This document shows positions 8,884-19,777 of a stretch of DNA of 64,000 nt, piece after piece (positions within the stretch are counted from its first letter, which is position 1; each line of letters opens with the position of its first letter). Location of the stretch: the NCBI GenBank assembly GCA_963740355.1, contig CAVUDW010000003.1, positions 1,152,001-1,216,000 on the forward strand, written 5' to 3'. The position numbers and the translations under genes are program-made. This DNA is from an uncultured Gemmatimonadaceae bacterium (GTDB lineage Bacteria; Gemmatimonadota; Gemmatimonadetes; Gemmatimonadales; Gemmatimonadaceae). A model generated the notes under the pieces. That model was not told the origin of the DNA. It was given only the letters and a program-made list of their open reading frames with translations, and did no database searches.

Positions 8884-11265
8884 GTGCCCGACGTTCGCCT
8901 GGCCATTCCGCTTTCCAGCATCCGCCGCGCTGACATCGCCCTGGTTGGCGGGAAGAATGCCTCACTGGGTGAGATGATCTCGGCGCTCGCGGATGCCGGC
9001 ATTCGTGTGCCAGGTGGTTTCGCCATGACGGCCACCGCCTACCGGCACTTCGTGGAACACAACGGGCTGGCACCGGTGATTGTGCGTGCAATCGACGCGC
9101 TGCACCGTGACGCCACAACGCTCCCCGCGATCGGCCAGCAGATTCGCGATGCCTTCATGGCGGCAAAGATGCCCGCCGAACTTGACGCGTGTATCCGGGA
9201 GTCATACCGCACTCTGTGCGCAGAAGCCGGAATTGTCGACCTCGCGGTCGCCGTCCGCTCGAGCGCCACCGCAGAGGATCTACCGAACGCCAGCTTCGCC
9301 GGCCAGCACGAAAGCTTCCTCAACGTGAGTGGCGCAGACGCGGTGGTTGCAGCCTACCAGAAGTGTGTCGCCTCGATGTTCCTCGATCGCGCCATCAGCT
9401 ACCGCGAGGGCAATGGATTCGACCACAGTTCGGTAGCACTGTCAGTCGGCATCCAGCGCATGGTGCGTTCCGACCTTGGCAGCGCTGGCGTGATGTTTAC
9501 GATCGACACCGAGACGGGCTTTCGCGACCTGGTGGTGATCGACGGCTCATGGGGCCTTGGTGAGGCCGTCGTGAAGGGCGAGGTAGACCCGGATCGGTAC
9601 CGCGTGTTCAAGCCATTGCTCGCTACGCCGACGCTGACGCCGATCACCTCGGTCGATCGCGGTAGCAAGGCGATGAAGATCGTCTACGCCGCGGACGGAG
9701 CCGCCGGCACGATCACCGTCGACACCACCGACGAAGAACGGCGCGCGCGTGTGTTGTCGGACACCGAGATCTGCCAGCTCGCACAATGGGCGGTCGCGAT
9801 CGAGGCACACTACGAATGCCCCATGGACATCGAGTGGGCGAAGGATGGCATAACGGGTGAACAATTCATCGTGCAGGCGCGGCCCGAGACCGTGCAGTCA
9901 CGCCGCGCGGCTGGCATGGTGCACTATCACGTCACCAAAAAGGGACCGGTGCTGTTGCGCGGCCTGTCGGTTGGCGACGGTGCAGCAGTCGGCACGGTCT
10001 GCAAACTCGCCACCGTTGCGGACATCGCCGCCTTCCCTGACGGCGGCGTCCTCGTCGCCACGATCACGGACCCGGACTGGGTACCGGCCATGCGGCGCGC
10101 ATCCGCGATCGTGACCGAACGCGGTGGCCGCACCTCGCACGCCGCGATCGTGAGCCGTGAACTCGGCGTGCCAGCGGTAATCGGAACGGGCAGTGCGATG
10201 ACCACGCTCTCTGACGGCCAGACTGTCACGGTGTCGTGCGCCGAGGGGAGCGTTGGTTTCGTGTACGACGGTAGCGCCGACGTGCAGCGCGAGGAGATCG
10301 CGGTCGCCGCGCTACCACGCACACGAACGCAGGTGATGCTCAATCTCGCAAATCCGACGGCCGCAATGACGTGGTGGCAGCTTCCCGTCGATGGGATCGG
10401 GCTGGCACGTATGGAATTCATCGTCAGTGAGCACATTCGCGTTCACCCGATGGCATTGGCGCACCCGGAGCGCGTGACCGACCGCGAGGTCGTTGAGGCC
10501 ATAAAGGAAATGACGCGCGGCTACGAGTCGCCGAGCGCGTACTTCGTGGATCAGCTGGCATCGGGCATTGCCGCGCTCGCCGCGCCGTTCTGGCCTCGAC
10601 CGATCATCCTGCGCCTCTCCGACTTCAAGACCAACGAGTACGCCCAACTGTTGGGCGGGGCTCCGTTCGAGCCGCACGAGGAGAATCCGATGCTGGGTTG
10701 GCGCGGCGCGAGTCGGTACTACCACCCAGGCTACCGCGATGGCTTCGCACTCGAGTGCCGAGCCATCAAGGCAGTGCGCGACCTCCGTGGGTTCGCGAAC
10801 GTCGTCGTCATGATTCCATTCTGCCGCACGCCTGAAGAAGCAGACCGCGTGCTGGAGGTGATGAAGGAGGAGGGACTCGTCCGCGGCCAGAATGGGCTCG
10901 AGATCTACGTGATGGCTGAGATACCATCCAACATTTTGCTGGCCGATGAATTCGCCACGCGGTTCGATGGCTTCTCCATCGGAAGCAACGACCTCACCCA
11001 ACTCACGCTCGGCATCGACCGCGACTCGGAGATGCTGGCCAGCATCGGCGACGCTTCGAACCCCGCTGTGCTGCAGCTCATCAGTCGGTTGATCGAAGTC
11101 GCGCACCGCTTTCACCGAAAGGTGGGGTTCTGCGGGCAGGCGCCGAGCAACGATCCGACGTACGCCAGGTTCCTGGTCGAAGCCGGCATCGACTCGGTCT
11201 CGGTCACGCCTGACAGCTTCGTCGCGGTGAAGCAGCAGATCGCTGCGGCGGAAGCGCTCCGGTGA
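8884..11265 (+). CDS. ppsA: Phosphoenolpyruvate synthase
   Basis: VGGKNASLGEM, VRSSATAED, GGRTSHAAIVSRELG (phospho-His), GFSIGSNDLTQ; GTG start after AAGGAG. Confidence 0.95.
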   Translation: MPDVRLAIPLSSIRRADIALVGGKNASLGEMISALADAGIRVPGGFAMTATAYRHFVEHNGLAPVIVRAIDALHRDATTLPAIGQQIRDAFMAAKMPAELDACIRESYRTLCAEAGIVDLAVAVRSSATAEDLPNASFAGQHESFLNVSGADAVVAAYQKCVASMFLDRAISYREGNGFDHSSVALSVGIQRMVRSDLGSAGVMFTIDTETGFRDLVVIDGSWGLGEAVVKGEVDPDRYRVFKPLLATPTLTPITSVDRGSKAMKIVYAADGAAGTITVDTTDEERRARVLSDTEICQLAQWAVAIEAHYECPMDIEWAKDGITGEQFIVQARPETVQSRRAAGMVHYHVTKKGPVLLRGLSVGDGAAVGTVCKLATVADIAAFPDGGVLVATITDPDWVPAMRRASAIVTERGGRTSHAAIVSRELGVPAVIGTGSAMTTLSDGQTVTVSCAEGSVGFVYDGSADVQREEIAVAALPRTRTQVMLNLANPTAAMTWWQLPVDGIGLARMEFIVSEHIRVHPMALAHPERVTDREVVEAIKEMTRGYESPSAYFVDQLASGIAALAAPFWPRPIILRLSDFKTNEYAQLLGGAPFEPHEENPMLGWRGASRYYHPGYRDGFALECRAIKAVRDLRGFANVVVMIPFCRTPEEADRVLEVMKEEGLVRGQNGLEIYVMAEIPSNILLADEFATRFDGFSIGSNDLTQLTLGIDRDSEMLASIGDASNPAVLQLISRLIEVAHRFHRKVGFCGQAPSNDPTYARFLVEAGIDSVSVTPDSFVAVKQQIAAAEALR

Positions 11266-12413
11266 CTGAAGCAGCGGTCCCCGATGCCGCCGCGGCGGTC
11301 ATCATCGACATCGCGGGACTGGGCGCGCTGGTTGATGCGCTTTGGCGCACGGGCTATCGCGTCATGGGCCCGACGGTTCGGGACGGTGCAATCCGCCTCG
11401 GTGAACTCCGCACCGCTGGCGATCTCCCAACGGGATGGGGGGATGAGCAGGCGCCGGGCCACTATCGTCTGCGACGGCGCAACGACGAGGCCCGCTTCGG
11501 CTACGCGGTGGGGCCTGACAGCCCACGGCGTGAACTATCACCACCACGTGTCGACCTCGTCACGATCCGTCGTCGCAACACGTCCTTTGACGCCAGCACG
11601 CCAGATCACACCCCGCAGCAACCGCTGGCATTGATCGGCATGCGTGGCTGCGAGCTGGCGGCCATGCGCGTGCATGGGCACGTCATGACCGACGGCCCAT
11701 ATCCAGACCCGGTGCAGCTGGCGCGAAGCACGAACTGCTTCATCGTTGCCGTCGACTGTGGTTCGCCAGCGGACACGTGCTTCTGTACGTCAATGCAGAC
11801 TGGCCCATCGGCGGAAGGCACGGCCGACGTGCGCCTTTGCGAACTGCTCGACGGTGAGCACCGCTTCCTCTGCTGGCCGATGAGTGCCGCCGGTGCGCAG
11901 CTGCTGGCGGGCATTCCGCACCGCTCTGCAACTGCGCAGGACGTGTCCGACGCGCTGGCCGTGCGGCGCACCGCGGAGTCGCGAATCACCAAACGGCTCA
12001 ACACCACTGCGATCCGTGAGCGCCTCGCTGCTGCGCTCGACCATCCGCAGTGGGATGACGTCGCCTCGCGCTGCTTGTCATGCACCAATTGCACGATGGT
12101 ATGCCCGACCTGCTTCTGCTCGACGATCACGGACGTGGACGACCTCTCGGGGACGACCACCACCCGCGTGCGCACGTGGGACTCGTGCTTCACGCTCGAG
12201 CATTCGTACACGAACGGCGGCGCAGTGCACGCGACCACGAAGTCGCGATACCGGCAGTGGCTCACCCACAAGCTTGGCACCTGGTGGGACCAGTTCGGCG
12301 AGTCGGGTTGTGTGGGCTGTGGTCGGTGCACGACCTGGTGTCCGGCGGCCATCGACTTCGTCGTCGAAGCGAACCTCATTTCCGCGCTCGATACCGTTGG
12401 GCAGGCGACGTGA
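11262..12413 (+). CDS. hyhB: Group 3b [NiFe]-hydrogenase (sulfhydrogenase) Fe-S beta subunit
   Basis: CLSCTNCTMVCPTCFC and CVGCGRCTTWCP clusters; RYRQWLTHKL; GTGA overlap with ppsA. Confidence 0.9.
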   Translation: MTEAAVPDAAAAVIIDIAGLGALVDALWRTGYRVMGPTVRDGAIRLGELRTAGDLPTGWGDEQAPGHYRLRRRNDEARFGYAVGPDSPRRELSPPRVDLVTIRRRNTSFDASTPDHTPQQPLALIGMRGCELAAMRVHGHVMTDGPYPDPVQLARSTNCFIVAVDCGSPADTCFCTSMQTGPSAEGTADVRLCELLDGEHRFLCWPMSAAGAQLLAGIPHRSATAQDVSDALAVRRTAESRITKRLNTTAIRERLAAALDHPQWDDVASRCLSCTNCTMVCPTCFCSTITDVDDLSGTTTTRVRTWDSCFTLEHSYTNGGAVHATTKSRYRQWLTHKLGTWWDQFGESGCVGCGRCTTWCPAAIDFVVEANLISALDTVGQAT

Positions 12414-13275
12414 TACGATCTGCGCCCCACACATCGAACGATGTGCACCATGAGCCGATGCTTCCGGAGCGCTGGTGCGTGGTTCAGGTTCGCAAGGAGA
12501 CGCATGACGTCACCACCCTCACGATCGCACCTGAGGCCGACGGCCGAACCCGGGCCGCGTATCCGCCCAGGCCAATTCCTGATGCTCTCGGCGTTCGGCA
12601 CTGGCGAAGTCCCGATCTCCGTGAGCGGCATCCGCGAGGATCAGCACATTGAGCACACTGTCCGTGCCCACGGCGATGCGACGCGTCGGCTGTGCAGCCT
12701 TCGCGTCGGCGACTCGATCGGCGTGCGAGGCCCATTTGGCAGCGCGTGGAATCTCGAACGCGCGCTGCAGCACGACGTGCTGATCATGGCCGGCGGCATC
12801 GGTCTCGCTCCGCTCAAGCCTGTGATCGAACATGTGATCGCTCACCGGGCAGGGTACGGCAGCCTTCGCGTACTCGTCGGTGCCCGTAGCACCCACGACA
12901 TGAGTCTCAGGGCAGAAATCGAGGTCTGGCGAAATGTCGCCCGGATCGTTCGTCTCGGTGAGCGTCGACAGGCCGACACCCGATTGGCCCGGACCGGTTG
13001 GGCTAGTGACGAGTCTGCTGGACGGGCTCGCCATCGTCCCCACACGCACTGCTGCGTTCATCTGTGGCCCCGAGGTGATGATGGAGCGCTCGGCCGAGCG
13101 ACTGATGGCGATCGGGATTGATGCGTCGATGATCCAGCTGTCGATGGAGCGCAACATGAAGTGCGCCATTGGGCACTGTGGGCATTGCCAGTTTGGTGGA
13201 CTGCTGTTGTGCAGGGATGGGCCAGTATTCGACTATTCGTCGCTTCGGGTATTGCTTGCGGTACCGATGGCATGA
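12410..13275 (+). CDS. hyhG: Group 3b hydrogenase FAD/NAD(P)-binding gamma subunit; two apparent +1 frameshifts (~12550, ~12935)
   Basis: Three consecutive frames give [15 protein letters not shown] / PGQFLML...RGPFG...AGGIGLAP / ICGPEVMM...[15 protein letters not shown]...CRDGPVF. Confidence 0.85.
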
Positions 13276-14066
13276 GTCGCCCACGCGTGGCGGTCTGGAA
13301 GTTCGCGTCCTGCGACGGCTGCCAGCTGACGCTGCTCGACTGCGAGGAGCGGCTGTTCGACGTGATCGAACGGGTCGAGATCGTCCACTTCCTCGAGGCC
13401 GGTGCGGTTGGCGATGACGGCACCTGTCACTACGACTTGTCGCTGGTGGAGGGGTCGGTCACCACCGAGGCCGACATTGCGCGGATCAGGGATATCCGCG
13501 CGCGGTCGACCTGGCTGGTGACGATCGGCGCCTGTGCCAGTGCGGGCGGGATTCAAGCGCTGCGCAACTTTGCACGCGTTGAGGAGTGGTGCCGTGTGGT
13601 GTATGCCGCACCTCAGTACATCTCGACGCTGGCCACCTCGACGCCGATTGCGGACCACGTTCAAGTCGACTTCGAGCTGCGCGGCTGCCCGATCGACAAG
13701 CAGCAATTGCTGGCGGTGATTGCGGCGTTTGCGAATGGCCATGCGCCTGCACTGTCGTCGGCGAGCGTCTGCGCGGAGTGCAAGATGCACGGCCACCTCT
13801 GCGTGATGGTGGCGCGCGGTGTGCCCTGCCTCGGTCCGATGACCCACGCAGGCTGTGGCGCGTTGTGCCCAGGCTACGACCGTGGATGTTACGGATGTTT
13901 CGGGCCATCCGAGTCAGCGAACACGCCTGCCACCGCTGCGACGCTGCGCCGATGTGGCATGTCGGAGGACGAGATCGTTCTGCTGACGCGCACGTTCAGC
14001 GCCTGGTCACCGGAGACTCGTGACTACGGCCAAGCCGACACGCATCCTGCGTCTGGCCGCACGTGA
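13272..14066 (+). CDS. hyhS: Group 3b hydrogenase small (delta) subunit
   Basis: [22 protein letters not shown]...CLGP...CGALCP...CYGC. Confidence 0.92.
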   Translation: MSRPRVAVWKFASCDGCQLTLLDCEERLFDVIERVEIVHFLEAGAVGDDGTCHYDLSLVEGSVTTEADIARIRDIRARSTWLVTIGACASAGGIQALRNFARVEEWCRVVYAAPQYISTLATSTPIADHVQVDFELRGCPIDKQQLLAVIAAFANGHAPALSSASVCAECKMHGHLCVMVARGVPCLGPMTHAGCGALCPGYDRGCYGCFGPSESANTPATAATLRRCGMSEDEIVLLTRTFSAWSPETRDYGQADTHPASGRT

Positions 14067-15367
14067 CCAGTCGACCGCCAGCCTCGCGCACGATCAGTGT
14101 CAACGCGCTCGCACGTGTCGAGGGTGAGGGTGCGATGCACGTCGATATCAGGAATGGACGCGTGCACGACGTACAGCTTCGGATCTACGAGCCGCCGCGC
14201 TTCTTCGAGGCGTTCCTGCGTGGCAGGCGCTTTAGCGAACCGGTCGACATCACTGCGCGTATCTGCGGTATCTGTCCGGTGGCCTACCAGATGAGTGCCT
14301 GCACGGCGATCGAAGATGCGTGCGGTGTGTCAGTGGACGGACCGCTGCGCGAGCTCCGGCGCCTGCTGTACTGCGGCGAGTGGATCGAGAGTCATGTGCT
14401 GCACATCTACATGCTGCACGCCCCCGACTTCCTTGGGTACGAGAGCGCGCTGACGATGGCGTCGGATCATCGCGCACGAGTGGAGGCAGGACTGGACCTG
14501 AAGCGTGCCGGCAATGACATCGTCGATCTCATCGGGGGGCGCGCCATTCATCCGATCAACGTGAAGTTGGGTGGATTCTATCGCGCGCCGACACGTGCCC
14601 AACTCGCGCCACTGGCCGAACGACTGCGTCACGCGTTGGATGTGGCCCGCGACACCGTACGATGGGTCGCTGGGTTCACGTTTCCCGATAGCCGCCACGA
14701 GCTCGAGATGGCATCGCTCTGCCATGAGACCGAGTATCCGATGATGGGTGGCCGCCTGCGCTCAACGCATGGGCTGGACATCGAAGCCAAGGCTTTTCTC
14801 GAGCATGTCACCGAGACGCAGGTGCCGCACTCCACGGCCCTGCACGCACGCATCGATGAACGCGGCACCTACGTCGTAGGACCGATGGCGCGATACGTGC
14901 TCAATCACCACCTGCTGGCGCCGGAAGCGCGAGAGGCAGCGGACGCGGCGGGACTCGATCCATCGGAACGCAATCCATTTCGGTCGATCATCATCCGCGC
15001 GATTGAAGTCGTGCACGCCGTGGCCGAAGCTCTTCGCATCATCGAGCAGTACCGGGCGCCAGAGGTGCCGGCTGTCTCCGTCATTCCTCGCCGCGGCGTA
15101 GGCTTTGGGTGGACTGAGGCTCCACGCGGCATGTTGTGGCACACGTATGCATTGGCCGACGACGGTACCATCACGGCGGCTGACATCGTGCCGCCAACGT
15201 CACAGAACCAACGGGCCATCGAGTGGGACCTCCGCCAGTACGTGGAGCGGCACCTGCACCTCGACGACCGTGAGCTTGGCCTTCGCTGTGAACGGGTCAT
15301 CCGGAACTACGACCCCTGCATCTCGTGCGCGACACACTTTCTCGACTTCACGGTGACGCGGTCGTGA
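14063..15367 (+). CDS. hyhL: Group 3b [NiFe]-hydrogenase large (alpha) subunit
   Basis: RVEGEG, L1 [16 protein letters not shown]2 DPCISCATH plus a short cleavable C-terminal tail. Confidence 0.95.
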   Translation: MTSRPPASRTISVNALARVEGEGAMHVDIRNGRVHDVQLRIYEPPRFFEAFLRGRRFSEPVDITARICGICPVAYQMSACTAIEDACGVSVDGPLRELRRLLYCGEWIESHVLHIYMLHAPDFLGYESALTMASDHRARVEAGLDLKRAGNDIVDLIGGRAIHPINVKLGGFYRAPTRAQLAPLAERLRHALDVARDTVRWVAGFTFPDSRHELEMASLCHETEYPMMGGRLRSTHGLDIEAKAFLEHVTETQVPHSTALHARIDERGTYVVGPMARYVLNHHLLAPEAREAADAAGLDPSERNPFRSIIIRAIEVVHAVAEALRIIEQYRAPEVPAVSVIPRRGVGFGWTEAPRGMLWHTYALADDGTITAADIVPPTSQNQRAIEWDLRQYVERHLHLDDRELGLRCERVIRNYDPCISCATHFLDFTVTRS

Positions 15368-15377
15368 GCGAACGCCC

Positions 15378-15902
15378 ATGATGCAGCCGCCGACTCTGGT
15401 GATTGGTATCGGGAACGTCTTTCGCTCTGACGATGGCGTGGGAGCGGCGGTGCTGCGGTTACTGCGCATGACGTGCAAGGACGCGTCCTGCGAGTTGGTC
15501 GAAGCGACCGGTGACGCCACACAGCTGATGGAGCTCTGGCGCGAGCGCAGACAGGTTATCGTCGTCGACGCAATCCGCAGCGGTGCAAGGCCAGGGACAG
15601 TGTCGGTGATCGACCTCCTGATGAATGAGCTGCCCGGTGCGGACATACCGAGCACACATGCAGCCAGTGTGGCAAGCGCCGTCGCCTGGAGCCGGCAACT
15701 GCAGCGGCTACCCAACGCACTCCAGCTCGTTGGTGTCGAAGGTGCCGAGTTCGCACTTGGCAACGAGCTCTCTCCGCGCGTCGCCGCCGCACTGCCGGAA
15801 GCCGCGCGAATGGTGGAAGCGCTTCTGGCGAGCATACGAGCACGCGGGTCAGGGACGCCCGCGGCTGCCCTTGCCGTCGCCGAGCGCTCGAGCCACCAGT
15901 AG
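15378..15902 (+). CDS. Hydrogenase maturation protease
   Basis: IGIGNVFRSDDGVG, VIVVDA, STH motifs; follows the large subunit. Confidence 0.9.
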   Translation: MMQPPTLVIGIGNVFRSDDGVGAAVLRLLRMTCKDASCELVEATGDATQLMELWRERRQVIVVDAIRSGARPGTVSVIDLLMNELPGADIPSTHAASVASAVAWSRQLQRLPNALQLVGVEGAEFALGNELSPRVAAALPEAARMVEALLASIRARGSGTPAAALAVAERSSHQ

Positions 15903-15935
15903 AATCCGGGAATCCCAAGCCGGAGCCTGAGACGC

Positions 15936-16211
15936 ATGTGCCGAAACATCAAGACACTGTTCAACTTCGAACCTGCCGCCAGCGATCAGGAGATTCGGGA
16001 CGCGTCGCTGCAGTTCGTGCGCAAGCTGAGCGGCTTCAGCGAGCCATCGAAGGCCAACGAAGCCGCATTCGCTCGCGCGGTGGATGAGGTAACGCGAGCA
16101 GCGACGGAACTCGTCTCGTCGCTCGTCACGACGGCCGAGCCTCGCAATCGCGATGTCGAAGCCGCGAAGGCGAAGGCGAAATCGGTACAGCGCTTCGGGG
16201 CGCGCGGCTGA
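15936..16211 (+). CDS. DUF2277 family protein
   Basis: MCRNIKTLFNFEPAAS..EIRDASLQFVRKLSG signature. Confidence 0.88.
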   Translation: MCRNIKTLFNFEPAASDQEIRDASLQFVRKLSGFSEPSKANEAAFARAVDEVTRAATELVSSLVTTAEPRNRDVEAAKAKAKSVQRFGARG

Positions 16212-16245
16212 ACGTCAGCGCTGGCGCGTGGCGCGCTGGTGACGC

Positions 16246-16863
16246 TCAGCGCAGCAGCGGCGGTCGAATCGCGTCGTAGCCACCCGGCACCTTGCTCACC
16301 GTGAAGGTGAGTTGTGTCTCGCCGCGCGGGTTGCCTGGATCGGCGGCGGCGATCGCCTCGCGCGGAATGGTGATCACGATGTCGTAGTCGCCGGCCGAGA
16401 GTGAGGTCGGAAGCGGGAAGAACTGCGTTCGGGGGCCGGCCGATCCCCGCGAGGAGGACGAGTTGTCCATCGGCACCAGCGTGTGCCGCAGCTGGCCGCG
16501 TTCGCTGGGTGCCCCGCCGGCATTGCTCTTCACCACGATGCCGATGCTCGGGATCGGGTTGCTTCGTGCAGCGACGGCGCCCACCGCAATCCCGGCAATG
16601 GCACCGACCGCGATTCCCTGCCCGCGTCCAGCCGAGCCAGAGACATCGACCGGGGCCGGCGTCAGCGTGCCGGCAGCCGGGTCGTAATACCAGGCCTGCT
16701 GTGCGGCACCATCGATCTCGATGATGAAGCGACCACCGGTATAGGTACGCTTCGGCACTGTTCGCGATGCCGTCACGACCGGGGCGCCGACCGCCCGGGC
16801 CTGCGCGGCCAGCGGAAACGGGGCAAGAGCCAGTGCCAGCAGCGTCAGTTTCAGGCCTGTCAT
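16246..16863 (-). CDS. Secreted hypothetical protein
   Basis: Signal peptide MTGLKLTLLALALAPFPLAAQ; GAGG upstream. Confidence 0.65.
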   Translation of the reverse strand: MTGLKLTLLALALAPFPLAAQARAVGAPVVTASRTVPKRTYTGGRFIIEIDGAAQQAWYYDPAAGTLTPAPVDVSGSAGRGQGIAVGAIAGIAVGAVAARSNPIPSIGIVVKSNAGGAPSERGQLRHTLVPMDNSSSSRGSAGPRTQFFPLPTSLSAGDYDIVITIPREAIAAADPGNPRGETQLTFTVSKVPGGYDAIRPPLLR

Positions 16864-17055
16864 GGTGGAACCTCGAGAGGGTGGAGGCGGGAGATGCTCC
16901 TTCCTCTCGGACGATGCCGTCCGGGATGACGCAACTGACCCGGCGGTCCTTTGGGGAGCTGCGTCTGGCCGCCGGTCGACGCGGCGGTACTCTTCTCCCG
17001 ATTGCTCGAGCCGGCGCCCCCACGCCGCACGAATCATCATCCTCCGGACGGCCCC

Positions 17056-18030
17056 CTGACTCTCCGTCGATTCGCGACCCTGCTCGGCAGTGTCGCAGCC
17101 CTCGCCAGCTCACTCTCGGCCCAGCATCCGCGCGTGCCAACATCACCGTTCGATGTACCGCTCTATCAGGGCGCCGCACCCGGTGCGCCGAAGTCCGCGC
17201 TCCCCGAGGTGTTCGAGGAGAAGCCCGGTGATCCGATTTCGCTGGTGACACATGTGCAGACACCGGAGATGCGTGTCTTCCTCCCTCCGAAATCGAAAGC
17301 CAGCGGTGCCGCAATCGTGATCTTTCCCGGCGGCGGGTACGGTGTGCTGGCCATCAACCACGAAGGGTGGCAGGAAGCCAGGTGGCTGAATGACATCGGT
17401 GTGGCCGCGATCGTGGTGAAGTACCGCGTCTCGACCAGGGAAGGAGATGCGTATCGCTTTCCCGTGCCACTGCTCGATGCCCGCCAGGCGCTGCGTCTGG
17501 TGCGGGAAAATGCCGCGGCGTGGGGCATCGACGCGACTCGCGTTGGCGTGATGGGTTTCTCCGCCGGCGGTCATCTCGCCAGCATGGCGTTGACCACGGC
17601 CAACGACACGCTGGCGGGCGAGTCACCGAGTGAGCAACGCGGCGTGAGTATCACGCCTAGCTTCGGCGTGCTCGTGTATCCCGTGATCAGTCTGCACGAG
17701 CGGTGGGGGCATCGCGGATCGAGCGACAACCTGATGGGCAAGGATGCGTCCGACGAACGCCGCCGACGATACTCGAGCGAACTCCGCGTCACTGCTGCAA
17801 CGCCTCCGACTTTCCTCGTTGCGACGCAGGACGACGACGTGGTGCCGGTGCAGAATTCAATCGCGTTCTATGAGGCGATGACCGCGCACAAGGTGCCGGG
17901 TGAGTTGCACATCTGGGAGAAGGGCGGGCACGGCTTCGGCATGTTGCCAGATCGCCCACCGGTGGCGCAGGAGTGGCTGCCCGCGCTGGCAGCGTGGATG
18001 CGTGGGCGCGGTCTGTTGACTCGCCGCTGA
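17056..18030 (+). CDS. Alpha/beta hydrolase (carbohydrate esterase-like); start uncertain
   Basis: FPGGGY, GFSAGGH nucleophile, DDVVP, GGHGFG. Confidence 0.88.
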   Translation: MTLRRFATLLGSVAALASSLSAQHPRVPTSPFDVPLYQGAAPGAPKSALPEVFEEKPGDPISLVTHVQTPEMRVFLPPKSKASGAAIVIFPGGGYGVLAINHEGWQEARWLNDIGVAAIVVKYRVSTREGDAYRFPVPLLDARQALRLVRENAAAWGIDATRVGVMGFSAGGHLASMALTTANDTLAGESPSEQRGVSITPSFGVLVYPVISLHERWGHRGSSDNLMGKDASDERRRRYSSELRVTAATPPTFLVATQDDDVVPVQNSIAFYEAMTAHKVPGELHIWEKGGHGFGMLPDRPPVAQEWLPALAAWMRGRGLLTRR

Positions 18031-18066
18031 CCGTGGTTGCACGCAGCGGTCGCCACGCCCGTCACG

Positions 18067-19746
18067 TCAAGGAATGGCGGCGGGCGTGAGTTCCGACGGC
18101 TTGAAGCGACGGTACTTCACATCCATCGCATCGAGGCGCAGGAGATGTGGCTGGAGCCGCCGCATGAAGTCCGGAAAGTCCTTGCGATCCTTCGGCGTCC
18201 AGACGACTTCGGCCAGCGCACTCAGTCGCGGGAATGCCATGTACTCCAGCTCCTTGGGATCTCGGATGTACTCCGACCAGAGCTGCGACTGCGCACCGAG
18301 AATGTGCGACGCCTCAGCCGGCGTCAGCGATGCTGGGATCGGCTCGTAGGAGTACACGGTGTCGATGGGCAGGAATCCGCCAATCGACAGCGGCTCGGCC
18401 TTCTTCTCGAGCGACTGGTAGTGATCGAAGTAGGTGTAGTAGTTCGGCGCCATGACTACATCGTGATTGGCCTTGGCGGCGGCAATGCCACCTTCCACGC
18501 CGCGCCATGACATCACGGTCGCACCCTCGGCGAGCCCGCCTTCGAGAATTTCATCCCAGCCGATCATGCGGCGGCCATTCTTCGTGAGGAATGTGTCCAT
18601 CTGCCGGATGAACCAGCTCTGCAACTCGTGTTCATCCTTCAGGCCAAGCTGCTTGATGCGCGCCTGGATCTGCGGACTCGCCTGCCACTGCGACTTTCCC
18701 GCCTCGTCGCCGCCGATGTGGATGTACTGGCTGGGGAACAGGGTCAGCACCTCGCGCAGGACATCCTGCATGAACGCCACGGTGGCGTCGTCAGCGTTGA
18801 GGATGAAGTCACTGGTTCCCCAGACCTGCATCACATCGACAGTCGTATCGCGACGCACGCCGAGTTGCGGATAGGCCGCAATGGCTGCTTGCACGTGGCC
18901 CGGCATCTCGATCTCCGGCACCACCGTGATGTATCGCTCCGCGGCATACGCGACGATCTCGCGCACATCGTCCTGCGTGTAGAATCCGCAGTGCGGCGTG
19001 TTGTCGAAGATGCGCTTGGCAGGGTCGGAGATGTACGGACCGACCGCCGTCTGTGCGCGACAGGATCCCACGTCGGTGAGGCGCGGATACTTGAGAATCT
19101 GGATCCGCCAGCCCTGATCCTCGGTGAGGTGCCAATGCAGGCGATTCATCTTGTGACGCGCCAGCAGGTCGATGTACTTGCGCACGAACTCCTTCGGCAT
19201 GAAGTGCCGGCCGGCATCGAGATGTGAGCCGCGCCAGGCGAATCGCGGGCGATCCTCGATGTGAACTGCGGCTGCACGCCAGGTGGTACCCGCCAGCGGT
19301 GCACTGCGAAAGATCTCCGCTGGCAAGAGCTGCTTGAAACTTTCGAGTGCGTAGAACGCTCCAGCGGGGTGCGCGGCACGCACGACCACGCCTGTCGGCG
19401 ACACATCGAGGCGATACCCTTCCTCGCCAAGTCCCGCGGTGTCGCGGCCGGTGACACGGAGAAGGCGAATGGCACCTGCTGCCGGCGCTGTCGTGCGCGC
19501 GATGCTGAGATCAAAACCTGTCGCGCCAACGATGTCACGGGCGAAACGTCGCGCAACCGCCACAAAGGCCGGATCCGCGTGCAGCGCGCTCCGCGCGGTG
19601 AGTGTGAAGTGTCCGCTCTCCGGGGTGAGAAGCGCCGGCCGTGGAATGATGGCGTACGCCGAAGTCTCGGGCGTCGCTTGCGCGTGCAGCGACGGGGGCG
19701 TGGCGGCAAACAGGGCCGCCGCGCCGAGCAGGAACCAGCGAGTCAT
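18067..19746 (-). CDS. Beta-N-acetylhexosaminidase (GH20)
   Basis: IEDRPRFAWRG..LDAGRHF, HWHLTEDQGWR, PEIEMPGH, HIGGDE. Confidence 0.95.
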   Translation of the reverse strand: MTRWFLLGAAALFAATPPSLHAQATPETSAYAIIPRPALLTPESGHFTLTARSALHADPAFVAVARRFARDIVGATGFDLSIARTTAPAAGAIRLLRVTGRDTAGLGEEGYRLDVSPTGVVVRAAHPAGAFYALESFKQLLPAEIFRSAPLAGTTWRAAAVHIEDRPRFAWRGSHLDAGRHFMPKEFVRKYIDLLARHKMNRLHWHLTEDQGWRIQILKYPRLTDVGSCRAQTAVGPYISDPAKRIFDNTPHCGFYTQDDVREIVAYAAERYITVVPEIEMPGHVQAAIAAYPQLGVRRDTTVDVMQVWGTSDFILNADDATVAFMQDVLREVLTLFPSQYIHIGGDEAGKSQWQASPQIQARIKQLGLKDEHELQSWFIRQMDTFLTKNGRRMIGWDEILEGGLAEGATVMSWRGVEGGIAAAKANHDVVMAPNYYTYFDHYQSLEKKAEPLSIGGFLPIDTVYSYEPIPASLTPAEASHILGAQSQLWSEYIRDPKELEYMAFPRLSALAEVVWTPKDRKDFPDFMRRLQPHLLRLDAMDVKYRRFKPSELTPAAIP

Positions 19747-19777
19747 GTGAAACGAGAAAGTGGGGAGGACGCGGCGG

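Noticed and set aside
12540..12945. Programmed ribosomal frameshifting in hyhG
   Set aside because: No slippery heptamer visible at either break, and similar indels hit unrelated genes across the window
14063..15367. [NiFeSe] hydrogenase or selenocysteine recoding
   Set aside because: The L2 motif is DPCISC with ordinary Cys codons and no in-frame TGA
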